Below are positions 20,861-30,904 of a stretch of 64,000 bases of DNA, piece by piece. Position 1 is the stretch's first letter; each line of letters opens with the position of its first letter. Under the pieces are notes generated by a model, which searched no databases, had not been told where the DNA came from, and saw only the letters and a list, made by a program, of their open reading frames with translations. The stretch is taken from assembly GCA_965242725.1 (NCBI GenBank), contig CBDESZ010000018.1, positions 96,001-160,000 of the forward strand, in the 5' to 3' direction. A program made the position numbers and the translations under genes. Source of the DNA: Alkalispirochaeta sp. GTDB taxonomy: Bacteria > Spirochaetota > Spirochaetia > DSM-27196 > Alkalispirochaetaceae.

Positions 20861-22967
20861 AGGGTTTCAGGAAAGTTTTCGGGAAGAAGCATATGAACTG
20901 CTTGAAACTCTCGAGCAGTCTCTCCTGCGCCTGGAGGATGAGCCCGACAATCGCGACGTCATATCCGCCGTATTCCGGGCGATGCATACGATCAAGGGAT
21001 CAGCGGCGATGTTCGGATTTCAGGACGTTTCGGACTTTGCCCACCACATAGAAAATGTTCTCGATGATGTCAGGAGCGGGAAGATCCCCGTCACGAAAAA
21101 CCTTGTGGATGTCACCCTAGCTTCCCGTGATCATATCAGGAATATGCTTGATGATCCGGAAGACGCGGAACTGCCCCAATCGGCACAGGAGTTGCTGCGC
21201 CGGCTGCGGGCCGTCGTTGCCCGGGGGACGTCTGAAGAGGGTGCCGACGACGCGAAAGAGGTTGGATTACCAGAGAAAAGCAGGACGGAGGAACGGAAAG
21301 TCCCCGCAGGAGAGTCCGTCCCCCGGGCGTGGCACATACGGTTTGTTCCCCACAACGACATACTGACCAATGGTACAAATCCCATTCTTCTCCTCCAGGA
21401 ATTGCATGAGCTGGGAGATTGCACGGTCGTTGCCGGTACCGACAATATCCCGGCCCTTGACCTTCTGGAGCCGACGAATTCCTACACCGCCTGGGACATT
21501 TTTCTCACAACGGATAAACCCGCCGAGGCAATCCGGGATGTCTTCATGTTTGTCGACGAACAATGTGAATTGAGTATCCGCCTCATAGATGAAATAGATC
21601 TGTCGGAAGAGCCTCGCCACCGGCTGCTGGGTCAGATCCTCGTTGATCGCGGAGTGGTGGAGGCGGAAATTGTGGAACGGGCGGTGGCGGAACAGAAACG
21701 CCTCGGAGAAGTTCTGATCCACAGCGGAATCGCGGCGTATGAAGTGAAGTCGGCCCTTCAGGAGCAGGAACACCTTCGCCGATCGAGGCAGAAAATTCAG
21801 AATGAAACGGCGTCGTCAACAATTCGCGTCGGTTCCGACAAACTGGACGACCTGGTCGACCTGGTCGGGGAGCTCGTAACATTGCAGGCGCGGTTGAATC
21901 AAGTGACATCTTCTTCAACGTCGGGAGAACTGGGAACGATCAGCGAAAACTTTGACCGGCTCATCGGCGAGTTGCGGGACCACACAATGAGTATACGCAT
22001 GGTCCCGATTGCAAACAGCTTTTCCCGTTTCCGTCGTCTCGTTCGCGATCTCTCCCAGGAACTGGGAAAACAGGTGGAACTGGTGACCCAGGGAGGAGAG
22101 ACGGAACTCGACAAGACAGTCATAGAGCGGCTCCATGATCCGCTGGTTCACGTCATTCGCAACAGTATTGACCACGGTCTTGAACGTCCGGATGCACGGA
22201 CTGCAGCGGGTAAACCGACGTCCGGCACGGTAACCCTGCAGGCACGGCACGTTGGTGCAAACGTTGAAGTACGGGTGACTGACGACGGGCGCGGTCTGGA
22301 CAGTGAAAAAATACGCCGTCGCGCCGTCGAACGGGGACTCGTTTCGAGCGAGGCAGCGCTCTCGGAAAGCGATATCTTTGACCTTGTCTTCGCCCCCGGA
22401 TTTTCAACTGCCGCGGAGGTGACGACCGTTTCGGGTCGCGGTGTCGGTATGGATGTCGTCCGCAAGGAGGTTGAAGGCATCGGCGGGTCCGTCCGGCTGG
22501 AATCGCGGCCGGGGAGCGGCACGGCGGTAATCATCACCATTCCATTGACCCTCGCCATTATCGACGGGCTTCTCGTCCGCGTTGAAACGGACCATTTCGT
22601 CATACCCCTTACCAACGTACAGGAGTGCATATCCTATCGTCGCGGGGCGAAAATGACGGGAACCGTAGCTAACCGCGGTGCGCTGCTGCCGATCGTCGAT
22701 CTGCGCGCGGAGTTTTCAATAGCGGGACAACCGCCCGGTAATGAACAGGCCGTCGTGGTGGACACGTCCATCGGACCGATCGGTATCGTGGTGGACACCG
22801 TCATCGGTGACCATCAGACGGTCATCAAGAATCTCGGTAAACTGTACAACGACATTCATGGCGTCAGCGGCGCCACGATTCTCGGTGATGGAGGGGTTGC
22901 GTTGATTCTCGATACCCACCGTCTCGCGGCGACGACGGGGATTTCCAGTGGCGGTAATCACACTTAG
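20853..22967 (+). CDS. cheA: Chemotaxis histidine kinase CheA (second chemosensory system)
   Basis: Hpt FRAMHTIKG, dimerisation KLDDLVDLVGELV, HATPase (RNSIDHG, DDGRG, PGFST, SGRGVGMDVV), C-terminal CheW-like domain. Confidence 0.96.
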   Translation: MLEGFQESFREEAYELLETLEQSLLRLEDEPDNRDVISAVFRAMHTIKGSAAMFGFQDVSDFAHHIENVLDDVRSGKIPVTKNLVDVTLASRDHIRNMLDDPEDAELPQSAQELLRRLRAVVARGTSEEGADDAKEVGLPEKSRTEERKVPAGESVPRAWHIRFVPHNDILTNGTNPILLLQELHELGDCTVVAGTDNIPALDLLEPTNSYTAWDIFLTTDKPAEAIRDVFMFVDEQCELSIRLIDEIDLSEEPRHRLLGQILVDRGVVEAEIVERAVAEQKRLGEVLIHSGIAAYEVKSALQEQEHLRRSRQKIQNETASSTIRVGSDKLDDLVDLVGELVTLQARLNQVTSSSTSGELGTISENFDRLIGELRDHTMSIRMVPIANSFSRFRRLVRDLSQELGKQVELVTQGGETELDKTVIERLHDPLVHVIRNSIDHGLERPDARTAAGKPTSGTVTLQARHVGANVEVRVTDDGRGLDSEKIRRRAVERGLVSSEAALSESDIFDLVFAPGFSTAAEVTTVSGRGVGMDVVRKEVEGIGGSVRLESRPGSGTAVIITIPLTLAIIDGLLVRVETDHFVIPLTNVQECISYRRGAKMTGTVANRGALLPIVDLRAEFSIAGQPPGNEQAVVVDTSIGPIGIVVDTVIGDHQTVIKNLGKLYNDIHGVSGATILGDGGVALILDTHRLAATTGISSGGNHT

Positions 22968-23808
22968 AACGGAGCAGTTCAACCGTTTGAGCGGGTTTAT
23001 CGAGGAAGAAGTCGGCATCAAGATGCCTCCCAGCAAACGGGTGATGCTGGAAAGCAGGCTGCAGAAGCGGTTACGGGCTCTCGATATCGCGACATTTGAC
23101 GAGTACCTCCAGTACGTCTTTGAGTCGGACGGCGGAGAGATCACCCATATGATCGACGTGGTAACGACAAACAAGACCGATTTTTTTCGGGAGCCGGACC
23201 ACTTTGTCTATCTGAGGGAAACGCTGTTGCCCCACCACTATGACCACGACCAGTGGGGAAAGGGCGGCCGGTTCAAGGTGTGGTCGTCCGCATCCTCGAC
23301 GGGGGAAGAGGCATATACCCTGGCGATCATATTGTCCGAGTTCCAGCGCCACGCCGGCGGTCAATTCGATTTTCGAATCCTGGGTACGGACATCTCCACC
23401 TCCGTTCTTGAAACGGCGCGGAAAGGGATTTATCCGGAAGAACGAGTCGCGCCGGTGACCGAGGAGTTCCGGCGACGATATTTCCTGCGAAGCAAGGACC
23501 GGGACAACCGTTTTGTCAGGGTCAAACGGGCGCTCAGGGAAAAAGTTCAGTTCCACAGAATGAATCTCATGGATGACCGCTATCCGCTGAGCGACCGTTT
23601 TCACGTCATTTTCTGTCGCAATGTGATGATATATTTCGAGCGTCGTCGTCAGGAAGAGCTGCTCCGGAAACTGTACAATTACCTCGTTCCCGGGGGCTAT
23701 CTCTTTCTCGGTCATTCAGAGACGCTGGCCGGCATGGATCTGCCGGTGGTCTCGGTCGCGCCGACTGTATATCGCCGGGTGATGATGGAGGATGCAGTCA
23801 ATGGCTGA
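22948..23808 (+). CDS. cheR: Chemotaxis methyltransferase CheR
   Basis: [43 protein letters not shown]. Confidence 0.95.
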   Translation: MAVITLRTEQFNRLSGFIEEEVGIKMPPSKRVMLESRLQKRLRALDIATFDEYLQYVFESDGGEITHMIDVVTTNKTDFFREPDHFVYLRETLLPHHYDHDQWGKGGRFKVWSSASSTGEEAYTLAIILSEFQRHAGGQFDFRILGTDISTSVLETARKGIYPEERVAPVTEEFRRRYFLRSKDRDNRFVRVKRALREKVQFHRMNLMDDRYPLSDRFHVIFCRNVMIYFERRRQEELLRKLYNYLVPGGYLFLGHSETLAGMDLPVVSVAPTVYRRVMMEDAVNG

Positions 23809-24949
23809 CGCGATAAAGGTACTTATCGTTGACGACTCCGCCGTGGTCCGGGAGACTCTGTCGTCGCTCCTGCGGGACAGCAGGGAGTTTGAAGTGGTGG
23901 GTACGGCGGGAGATCCGTATATCGCCGCGAAAAAACTTCGCACCGTCCTTCCCGACGTCATTACCCTGGATATCGAGATGCCCCGCATGGACGGATTGAG
24001 CTTCCTCAAACATCTCATGGCGCAGCATCCGCTGCCGGTCGTCATCTGCTCATCCATGGCGGAAAGCGGGTCCGCAAACGCCCTTACCGCCCTGGATTAC
24101 GGTGCGGTGGAGATCATCGAAAAGCCGAAGATGGGAACAAAACAGTTCCTTGAAGAATCACGGGTACGGCTCTACGACGCATTACGGGCGGCTTATGAGA
24201 GTCGTTTCCGTCTTTCTGGAAGAAGACACCGACCGTCTGGTCAGGATCGACCTGCCGCTTCCGTGGAAAGAGAACCCACGGGGACGGTCGGCCGATATGC
24301 AAGCGGCAGCGCGGGCCCCAAGCTGAGCGCCGATGAAATTATTTCCGGGCCTACCGGCCGGAACAGGGTCCCCGAGACGACTGAAAAAATCGTATGCATC
24401 GGCGCGTCAACGGGGGGAACCGAGGCACTTCGGGATGTCCTGCAACGGATGCCCCTTAACGCTCCGGGTATCGTTATTGTCCAGCATATGCCGGAACACT
24501 TTACCGCGGCCTTTGCAAAACGTCTCGATTCACTCTGTGAGATTACGGTGAAGGAAGCTGAAAACAATGATACGGTTTTGACCGGCCACGCCCTTATCGC
24601 CCCCGGCAACAGACATCTTCTGCTCAAGCGCAGTGGAGCACGGTACTACGTGGAACTGAGGGACGGGCCGCTTGTGAGTCGCCACCGACCCTCGGTGGAC
24701 GTGCTTTTTCGATCTGCCGCACGATTTGCCGGCGTGAACGCCATCGGTGTGATCATGACGGGCATGGGCGACGACGGCGCCAGGGGAATGGCTGAAATGC
24801 ATGACGTTGGTGCATATACGTTTGCGCAGGACAAGGAGAGCTGTGTCGTGTACGGCATGCCGAACGAGGCGGTAAAACGAAACGGCGTCGATGAAATCGT
24901 TTCACTGCACAAGATACCTGAAGCAATATTGCGCAGAGTGGGCAGATAA
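23801..24949 (+). CDS. cheB: Chemotaxis response regulator methylesterase CheB
   Basis: REC (TLDIEMP) plus GASTGG, QHMP, HRPSVD, GMGDDG. Confidence 0.96.
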   Translation: MADAIKVLIVDDSAVVRETLSSLLRDSREFEVVGTAGDPYIAAKKLRTVLPDVITLDIEMPRMDGLSFLKHLMAQHPLPVVICSSMAESGSANALTALDYGAVEIIEKPKMGTKQFLEESRVRLYDALRAAYESRFRLSGRRHRPSGQDRPAASVEREPTGTVGRYASGSAGPKLSADEIISGPTGRNRVPETTEKIVCIGASTGGTEALRDVLQRMPLNAPGIVIVQHMPEHFTAAFAKRLDSLCEITVKEAENNDTVLTGHALIAPGNRHLLLKRSGARYYVELRDGPLVSRHRPSVDVLFRSAARFAGVNAIGVIMTGMGDDGARGMAEMHDVGAYTFAQDKESCVVYGMPNEAVKRNGVDEIVSLHKIPEAILRRVGR

Positions 24950-24951
24950 CG

Positions 24952-27453
24952 ATGGCGGAGTCGGTGCTCATCGTAGAAGATGAACGAATCGTCGCGCTGG
25001 ACCTTGCCAATCGCCTGGGAAAACTCGGGTTTTCCGTCGCAGGAAACGTCTCTTCCGGAGAGGAAGCGTGGCGCATGGCGGCGGAACAACGCCCTGACGT
25101 CGTCCTCATGGATATTCACATCAGGGGAGGGGAAGACGGAATCGCGACGGCGACGCGCATCGAGAGAGAGCTGGGCATCCCGTCTGTGTATGTCACGGCC
25201 TACTCGGACGCGGAAAACATAGAACGGGCAAAGGCATCCAACGCCTATGGCTATCTTCTCAAGCCTTTTCAGGATCGGGAATTGCAGATCGCAATAGAAC
25301 TGGCGTTGTACAAGTACGCCGCCGAAAGTGAGCTGAGAAGTACCCGCAACCTGCTCGCGACGACCCTCAACGCGATCGACTATGGGGTGATTACGGTGGA
25401 CCGCGAGAACGTCGTGCTATTCATCAATAATCACGCTGAAGTTCTGACGGGTTGGAATCGCGAAGATGCCCGGGGGCTGCCACTCCCGCGGATTTTCGGT
25501 TTTTCGGAGCGTCAGGAGTCCGCGTCTCCCTCAGGAGAGCCCGTTCAGCCCGGTTCCCATATCCTGACAAACCGTGCGGGGCTGGATATTCCCGTGGAAG
25601 TGAATGTGCATCGTCTGGATTCGGCGGGGACGGGCAGCCCGGCGTATGTGATCATGTTCTACGATATCAGCGATAGACTTGCCCGGGAAGCGTCCCTGAT
25701 CGAGGCAAAAGAAGCGGCCGAGGCGATGGTCCGCGGGAAGAGCGACTTCTTTTCGCGCATCAGCCATGAATTACGTACCCCCCTGAACGTGATTCTGGGT
25801 ATGGCTCAATTGCTTCGACAGAACGATTCCAGTGAGAGAACCGACGAGTACACAAGTATCCTCCTCCGTGCAACTGAGACACTGAACAATCTCATATCAG
25901 ACGTTCTCGATTTCAACGCGTCCGACGGTGTGGGTAAGGCGGGATCACAGGAAGAGTGCCGATTGCATGATCTCGTTCAGGACGCCCTGGTCACCTTTGC
26001 AGACACGGCGGAAGAAAAGAAACTCCGGCTATTGAGTGTTGTCGACCCCGGACTGCCTTCCCACGTCACGTGCCACGGACGATACATCCGGCGCATATTG
26101 CACCACCTCATTTCGAACGGGTGCAAGTTTACCGACAGCGGATACATTTCCGTTGCTATTGAGCGTGACAACACCCCGTTGCAGGGCGGCAATGCAACCC
26201 GGACGGGACAAATTCCCCTTGTCCTGACCGTGACCGATACGGGATCAGGCATTCCCGCCGAGGACAGGGAGAGGGTATTTGAGGAGTTTGCCCAGCTGGA
26301 GCCGCCGCAGACGCGTACCGTTGGAGGCGTGGGACTGGGATTGGCAATCGTACGGCGACTGGTTGCCGCCATGGGGGGCTCCATTTCGATAGAGTCCCAT
26401 GCGGACAGGGGCACCGCCGTAATTGTACGTTTTTCAGCAGCCCTGGCTGCGAGTGAGTCCCTTCTGGACCACTTTCGCCGCCGTGCCGCTGAAGAAGGAC
26501 TGGAAGAGCGTACCGTATCTCTCGGCATAACGGACGCACCACTCATGGAGGTGATCGGTCCGTGGTGTACAGCGTGCGAAACGCCGGTTACATGGATTTC
26601 GGGGGAGGAGGATCTCTCGGATCGTATCGACTACCTCCTGACGACGACGGATAACGCCCGAATACCTGCCCGATGGAAAGACGAGGCAATTGTTCTGCGT
26701 CCCCGGGGAGCAGAGAGAAACGGCCGATTATCCCGGGAATATCCGGTTCTCGACGAGCCGCTTGATCCGTGGACGCTGTTTCGGATCGCCACCGGAATAT
26801 TTCGTTCAAACTATGTCGTGTCATCGGACCGGATACCGGTCCTTCTGGTAGATGATGACGGGATTTCTCTCTTTACCACAAAAAGATCACTGGAACGACG
26901 GGGATGCGACGTCACCGTTTCCAAACGGGGCTCCCTCGCCCTCGAAGAAATCGGTAAGACCCGTTTTTCAGTGGCTTGTATCGATATCGAGATGCCTGAA
27001 ATGACCGGATGGACACTAGCGCGACGTATTCGGGAAAATGAAGCGGCAAAACAGGCACCGAAGTTACCGCTGATCGCGGTAACCGGACACAGCGCGGGAG
27101 ACATCGCGGAGAAAGCGCAGGAGCACGGTTTTTGCGAGGTGCTTGAAAAACCCGTTGACGCTGAGCGCCTCCTCCAGGCCGTTCGGCGGTATGCACGGCA
27201 AAATCAGGATGCGGCGGGGTGGACACAGGAGGAAGCCGGTAGTGACGAGACATTACACCTTCGTGATATAATTGAAGTCCTGGATAAGACGGTGCGCCAG
27301 GACGATCTGGAAGCCGGTCTATCCGTCGTTGCGAAGGCTGAGGAGTTTCTCCAGTCTTCCCGACATCGGGAAACGCTGTTCCGTATCAGGCTTGCACTGC
27401 GGAGCAAGGACCGGACACGGGCGTTGGCGCTGGTTGATCAATTAAAACGGTAA
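24952..27453 (+). CDS. Soluble hybrid histidine kinase REC-PAS-HisKA-HATPase-REC
   Basis: N-terminal REC (LMDI), PAS (FINNHAEVLTGW), SHELRTPL, DTGSGI/GLGL, C-terminal REC (IDIEMP); no TM segment seen. Confidence 0.9.
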   Translation: MAESVLIVEDERIVALDLANRLGKLGFSVAGNVSSGEEAWRMAAEQRPDVVLMDIHIRGGEDGIATATRIERELGIPSVYVTAYSDAENIERAKASNAYGYLLKPFQDRELQIAIELALYKYAAESELRSTRNLLATTLNAIDYGVITVDRENVVLFINNHAEVLTGWNREDARGLPLPRIFGFSERQESASPSGEPVQPGSHILTNRAGLDIPVEVNVHRLDSAGTGSPAYVIMFYDISDRLAREASLIEAKEAAEAMVRGKSDFFSRISHELRTPLNVILGMAQLLRQNDSSERTDEYTSILLRATETLNNLISDVLDFNASDGVGKAGSQEECRLHDLVQDALVTFADTAEEKKLRLLSVVDPGLPSHVTCHGRYIRRILHHLISNGCKFTDSGYISVAIERDNTPLQGGNATRTGQIPLVLTVTDTGSGIPAEDRERVFEEFAQLEPPQTRTVGGVGLGLAIVRRLVAAMGGSISIESHADRGTAVIVRFSAALAASESLLDHFRRRAAEEGLEERTVSLGITDAPLMEVIGPWCTACETPVTWISGEEDLSDRIDYLLTTTDNARIPARWKDEAIVLRPRGAERNGRLSREYPVLDEPLDPWTLFRIATGIFRSNYVVSSDRIPVLLVDDDGISLFTTKRSLERRGCDVTVSKRGSLALEEIGKTRFSVACIDIEMPEMTGWTLARRIRENEAAKQAPKLPLIAVTGHSAGDIAEKAQEHGFCEVLEKPVDAERLLQAVRRYARQNQDAAGWTQEEAGSDETLHLRDIIEVLDKTVRQDDLEAGLSVVAKAEEFLQSSRHRETLFRIRLALRSKDRTRALALVDQLKR

Positions 27454-27462
27454 GGACAGACG

Positions 27463-27867
27463 ATGATGCGGATTCTGATAGTGGAAGATGATTTCGGCAG
27501 TCGCCGATACCTGCAAATTTTGCTGCAGTCAGTAGGACGATGTGACGTTGTCGTCGACGGAAACGAAGCGGTTGAAGCGTTCCGCATGGCATGGGAAGAC
27601 GGCGAGCCCTACCGTCTCATACTCCTTGATATCATGATGCCAAATAAGGACGGGCAGACGGCGCTCAAAGAAGTACGGAGTATTGAACGGGAGATGGGTA
27701 TCGACGAGCGCAACGGTGTCAAGGTCATTATGACCACCGCTCTTGAAGACCCGGGGAATGTCGTTCACGCCTATTACCACGGGGCCGCAGACTCGTACCT
27801 CGTGAAACCGATAAATTGGGAAAATCTCTTTCGCTCCATGAAAGAATTGGGGATCGCCGTTGAGTGA
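27463..27867 (+). CDS. Single-domain response regulator (CheY-like)
   Basis: ILIVEDD, LLDIMMP, MTTA, YLVKP. Confidence 0.9.
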   Translation: MMRILIVEDDFGSRRYLQILLQSVGRCDVVVDGNEAVEAFRMAWEDGEPYRLILLDIMMPNKDGQTALKEVRSIEREMGIDERNGVKVIMTTALEDPGNVVHAYYHGAADSYLVKPINWENLFRSMKELGIAVE

Positions 27868-29074
27868 TTCCATACTCATCGTAGAGGACGAAAGAATTAT
27901 AGCGCTCGATATTGAATCTCAGTTGAAACGAACGGAGTTCATCGTCTATGGATCCGTCACATCCGCAGAGAAGGCTCTTGACCTGATCGCACGGGGAGAA
28001 CGTGACGGAGCCCTTCCTTCTCTCGTTCTCATGGATGTGAATCTTGCCGGAAAGATGGATGGTGCGGAAGCTGCGGGAATCGTTCGCGATCGGTACAACA
28101 TTCCCGTTATCATTCTGACGGCCTATGAAGACGAAGATACGCTGCAACGCGTGAAGGCCAGCGAACCGCTCGCATACCTGGTAAAACCGATTTCAGGCCG
28201 ACAGCTGGACATCGCGATTACGCTGGCCCTTCACCGTCACGAAATGACGAAAACAATCAGGGAAAAAGACCGGCAACTCGCCCACGCACAGCGAATGGAA
28301 GCGGTGGGCCGTATGTCCGCGGGGCTCTCCCACGAGTACAACAATCTCGTCACGGTCATGATGGGGCATCTGCGACTGATTCTGGACGATCTTGAAGAAA
28401 TCGACGGGAAGGTAGAAACGCACGCGATAGAGAGAGTTATTTCGGAGCTCAAGAAAAATGCCACGGGTCTTTCTCACACAATTACCCGGGCAAGCACGCT
28501 CTCCCGGCAGCTGTTAACCTTCTCCCGGGTCACCTCCTATCGGAAGGAGCAAGTAAGTATTACCAGGCTGCTTTCCGAGTTCAGGGAGATGATCGGGAGT
28601 GTTCTCCCTGCAAAGGTTACGCTATCGTTTCACGTCGACCTCGAGGAGACCTTTGTAGAAGCCGAGGCGTCGCGTCTGGAAAACGCGCTTGTGAATCTCA
28701 TTATGAACGCCCGGGATGCCGTCGGCGAGGATGGAACGATTTCATTTTCCGCGTTCAGTCGCACCATAGAAGAGCCTGTTGTCGTCTTTGACGGTACCCT
28801 GCAGACGGGTAGATATATCATATTTTCGGTTCGTGATGACGGCGCGGGTATTCCCGACGACGTCTTGCCGCATATATTTGAACCTTTTTTTACGACGAAA
28901 GAGGAAGGATACGGTACCGGTTTCGGCCTTGCCTCAGTCTATGCAACGGCTACCGATCTCGGCGGCGGCGTCGCCGTGACGACCGTTCCCGACGGCGGGA
29001 CGGAGTTCTGCATGTATATACCCGTCGTTGTTGACGTCGATACGGAGGACCTCGACAAGGATCGGGTCACGTAG
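27860..29074 (+). CDS. REC-HisKA-HATPase hybrid kinase
   Basis: REC (LMDVNL), SHEYNNL, NLIMNARDA, DDGAGI, FEPFFTTK, GTGFGL; TTG start. Confidence 0.88.
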   Translation: MSDSILIVEDERIIALDIESQLKRTEFIVYGSVTSAEKALDLIARGERDGALPSLVLMDVNLAGKMDGAEAAGIVRDRYNIPVIILTAYEDEDTLQRVKASEPLAYLVKPISGRQLDIAITLALHRHEMTKTIREKDRQLAHAQRMEAVGRMSAGLSHEYNNLVTVMMGHLRLILDDLEEIDGKVETHAIERVISELKKNATGLSHTITRASTLSRQLLTFSRVTSYRKEQVSITRLLSEFREMIGSVLPAKVTLSFHVDLEETFVEAEASRLENALVNLIMNARDAVGEDGTISFSAFSRTIEEPVVVFDGTLQTGRYIIFSVRDDGAGIPDDVLPHIFEPFFTTKEEGYGTGFGLASVYATATDLGGGVAVTTVPDGGTEFCMYIPVVVDVDTEDLDKDRVT

Positions 29075-29089
29075 TACAACTGTTGTTCC

Positions 29090-30904
29090 ATGATTCACGC
29101 TGTCGATCAAACTCATGTTCGAAATTTTTGCATTATCGCCCATATAGACCACGGGAAGTCGACTCTCGCCGATCGGTTTATCCAGCGCTCCAAAATCGTA
29201 GCCGACCGCGATTTCCGCGATCAGTTGCTGGATTCCATGGATATCGAGCGGGAGCGGGGCATTACGATAAAGAGTCAGGCCGTCACCATGCCGATGGACA
29301 TCGACGGTGAAATATATCGTCTCAATCTTGTGGATACTCCGGGACACGTCGACTTTTCATACGAAGTTTCCCGGGCGATATCATCATGCGAAGGAGCGGT
29401 CCTCCTCATCGATGCGGCACAGGGTGTTGAAGCACAGACGCTCAGCAACCTGTACCTTGCGCTGGAACACGATCTTGAAATCATTCCGGTGATAAATAAG
29501 ATCGATCTCCCCGCCGCCAATGTGGAAAACTGCCTTCATCAGATCAATCATGATCTCGGTCTCGACCCCGACGATGTTCTTCTTGTCAGTGGAAAGACGG
29601 GGAAGGGGGTGGAAGAGCTGCTCCAGGCTATCGTGAAACGCATACCTTCCCCGACCGGAGGGGCAGACGAAGCGTTGCAGGCTCTCGTATTTGACAGCCA
29701 CTACGATCCCTACCGGGGTGTCATCGTCCACATCAGACTCTTCGCCGGACAGATCAAACCCGGTGATACAATAGAGATGTGGTTCAACGGCGCCACCTAT
29801 GACGTAGAAGAGACGGGTCTATTCAAAATAAAACTGGAACCGACGGATATGCTGGAAGCGGGCGATGTGGGATACATTATCGCCGGGATCAAGACCATTC
29901 AGGACGTTCGTGTGGGCGATACCGTCACCCGGCCGGACAAACGGTGTACCGCACCGCTCCCGGGTTTTCAGGAGGTAAAGCCCGTCGTTTTTTCGTCGAT
30001 TTATCCGGTCGACACAAACGACTACACCGACCTCATCCGGGCGATGGACAAACTGAAGCTCAATGACGCCTCGCTGGTCTTTGAAAAAGACAACTCGGCG
30101 GCTCTCGGCTTCGGATTCCGATGCGGCTTTCTCGGAATGCTTCATCTGGAGGTCGTACAGGAGCGAATCGAGCGGGAGTTCGGGCTCAATATCGTCCTTA
30201 CCGCACCGTCGGTACAGTACCGGATGACGCTGAAATCGGAAGAGGAGCTACTGGTAAACAGCCCGCTTGAATATCCCGACCCCGGTGACATTCTGGAGGC
30301 ACGGGAACCGTATATCAAGGCGTCCATCATCACTCCCGACACCTACCTGGGGCCGATGCTGACGCTCTGCAACGATAAACGGGGTATCCAGAAGGACATG
30401 ATCTACCTCGATACGAGCCGCGTGGAAGTCATTTTTGAAATGCCCCTCGCCGAAGTACTTTTTGACTTTTACGATAATCTGAAGTCTCTTTCCCGGGGAT
30501 ACGCATCGTTTGACTACGAGATGCTCAACTACCGTCCCGTCGACCTTGTAAAACTCGATATACTCGTAAACGGAAAACCAGTGGACGCCCTGTCTATGCT
30601 CGTCTTCCGTGGCCACGCCGAGCGGCGGGCGCGTTCTGCGGTGAAGCAACTGCGCAACGAGATTCCTCGTCACCAGTTCAAGATTCCCCTGCAGGGGGCA
30701 ATCGGCGGCCAGATCATCGCGAGGGAGACAATATCTGCGCTCCGCAAGGACGTTACCGCCAAGTGTTACGGTGGAGACATTTCCAGAAAACGAAAACTTC
30801 TCGAAAAGCAGAAAGAAGGCAAGAAGCGAATGAAGACCGTGGGCAACGTGGAGCTGCCGCAGTCGGCATTTCTTTCGGTACTTAAAGGAAGTCCTGAAGA
30901 GTAA
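29090..30904 (+). CDS. lepA: Elongation factor 4
   Basis: AHIDHGKSTL, ERERGITIK, DTPGH, NKID, KDVTAKCYGGDISRKRKLL. Confidence 0.98.
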   Translation: MIHAVDQTHVRNFCIIAHIDHGKSTLADRFIQRSKIVADRDFRDQLLDSMDIERERGITIKSQAVTMPMDIDGEIYRLNLVDTPGHVDFSYEVSRAISSCEGAVLLIDAAQGVEAQTLSNLYLALEHDLEIIPVINKIDLPAANVENCLHQINHDLGLDPDDVLLVSGKTGKGVEELLQAIVKRIPSPTGGADEALQALVFDSHYDPYRGVIVHIRLFAGQIKPGDTIEMWFNGATYDVEETGLFKIKLEPTDMLEAGDVGYIIAGIKTIQDVRVGDTVTRPDKRCTAPLPGFQEVKPVVFSSIYPVDTNDYTDLIRAMDKLKLNDASLVFEKDNSAALGFGFRCGFLGMLHLEVVQERIEREFGLNIVLTAPSVQYRMTLKSEEELLVNSPLEYPDPGDILEAREPYIKASIITPDTYLGPMLTLCNDKRGIQKDMIYLDTSRVEVIFEMPLAEVLFDFYDNLKSLSRGYASFDYEMLNYRPVDLVKLDILVNGKPVDALSMLVFRGHAERRARSAVKQLRNEIPRHQFKIPLQGAIGGQIIARETISALRKDVTAKCYGGDISRKRKLLEKQKEGKKRMKTVGNVELPQSAFLSVLKGSPEE

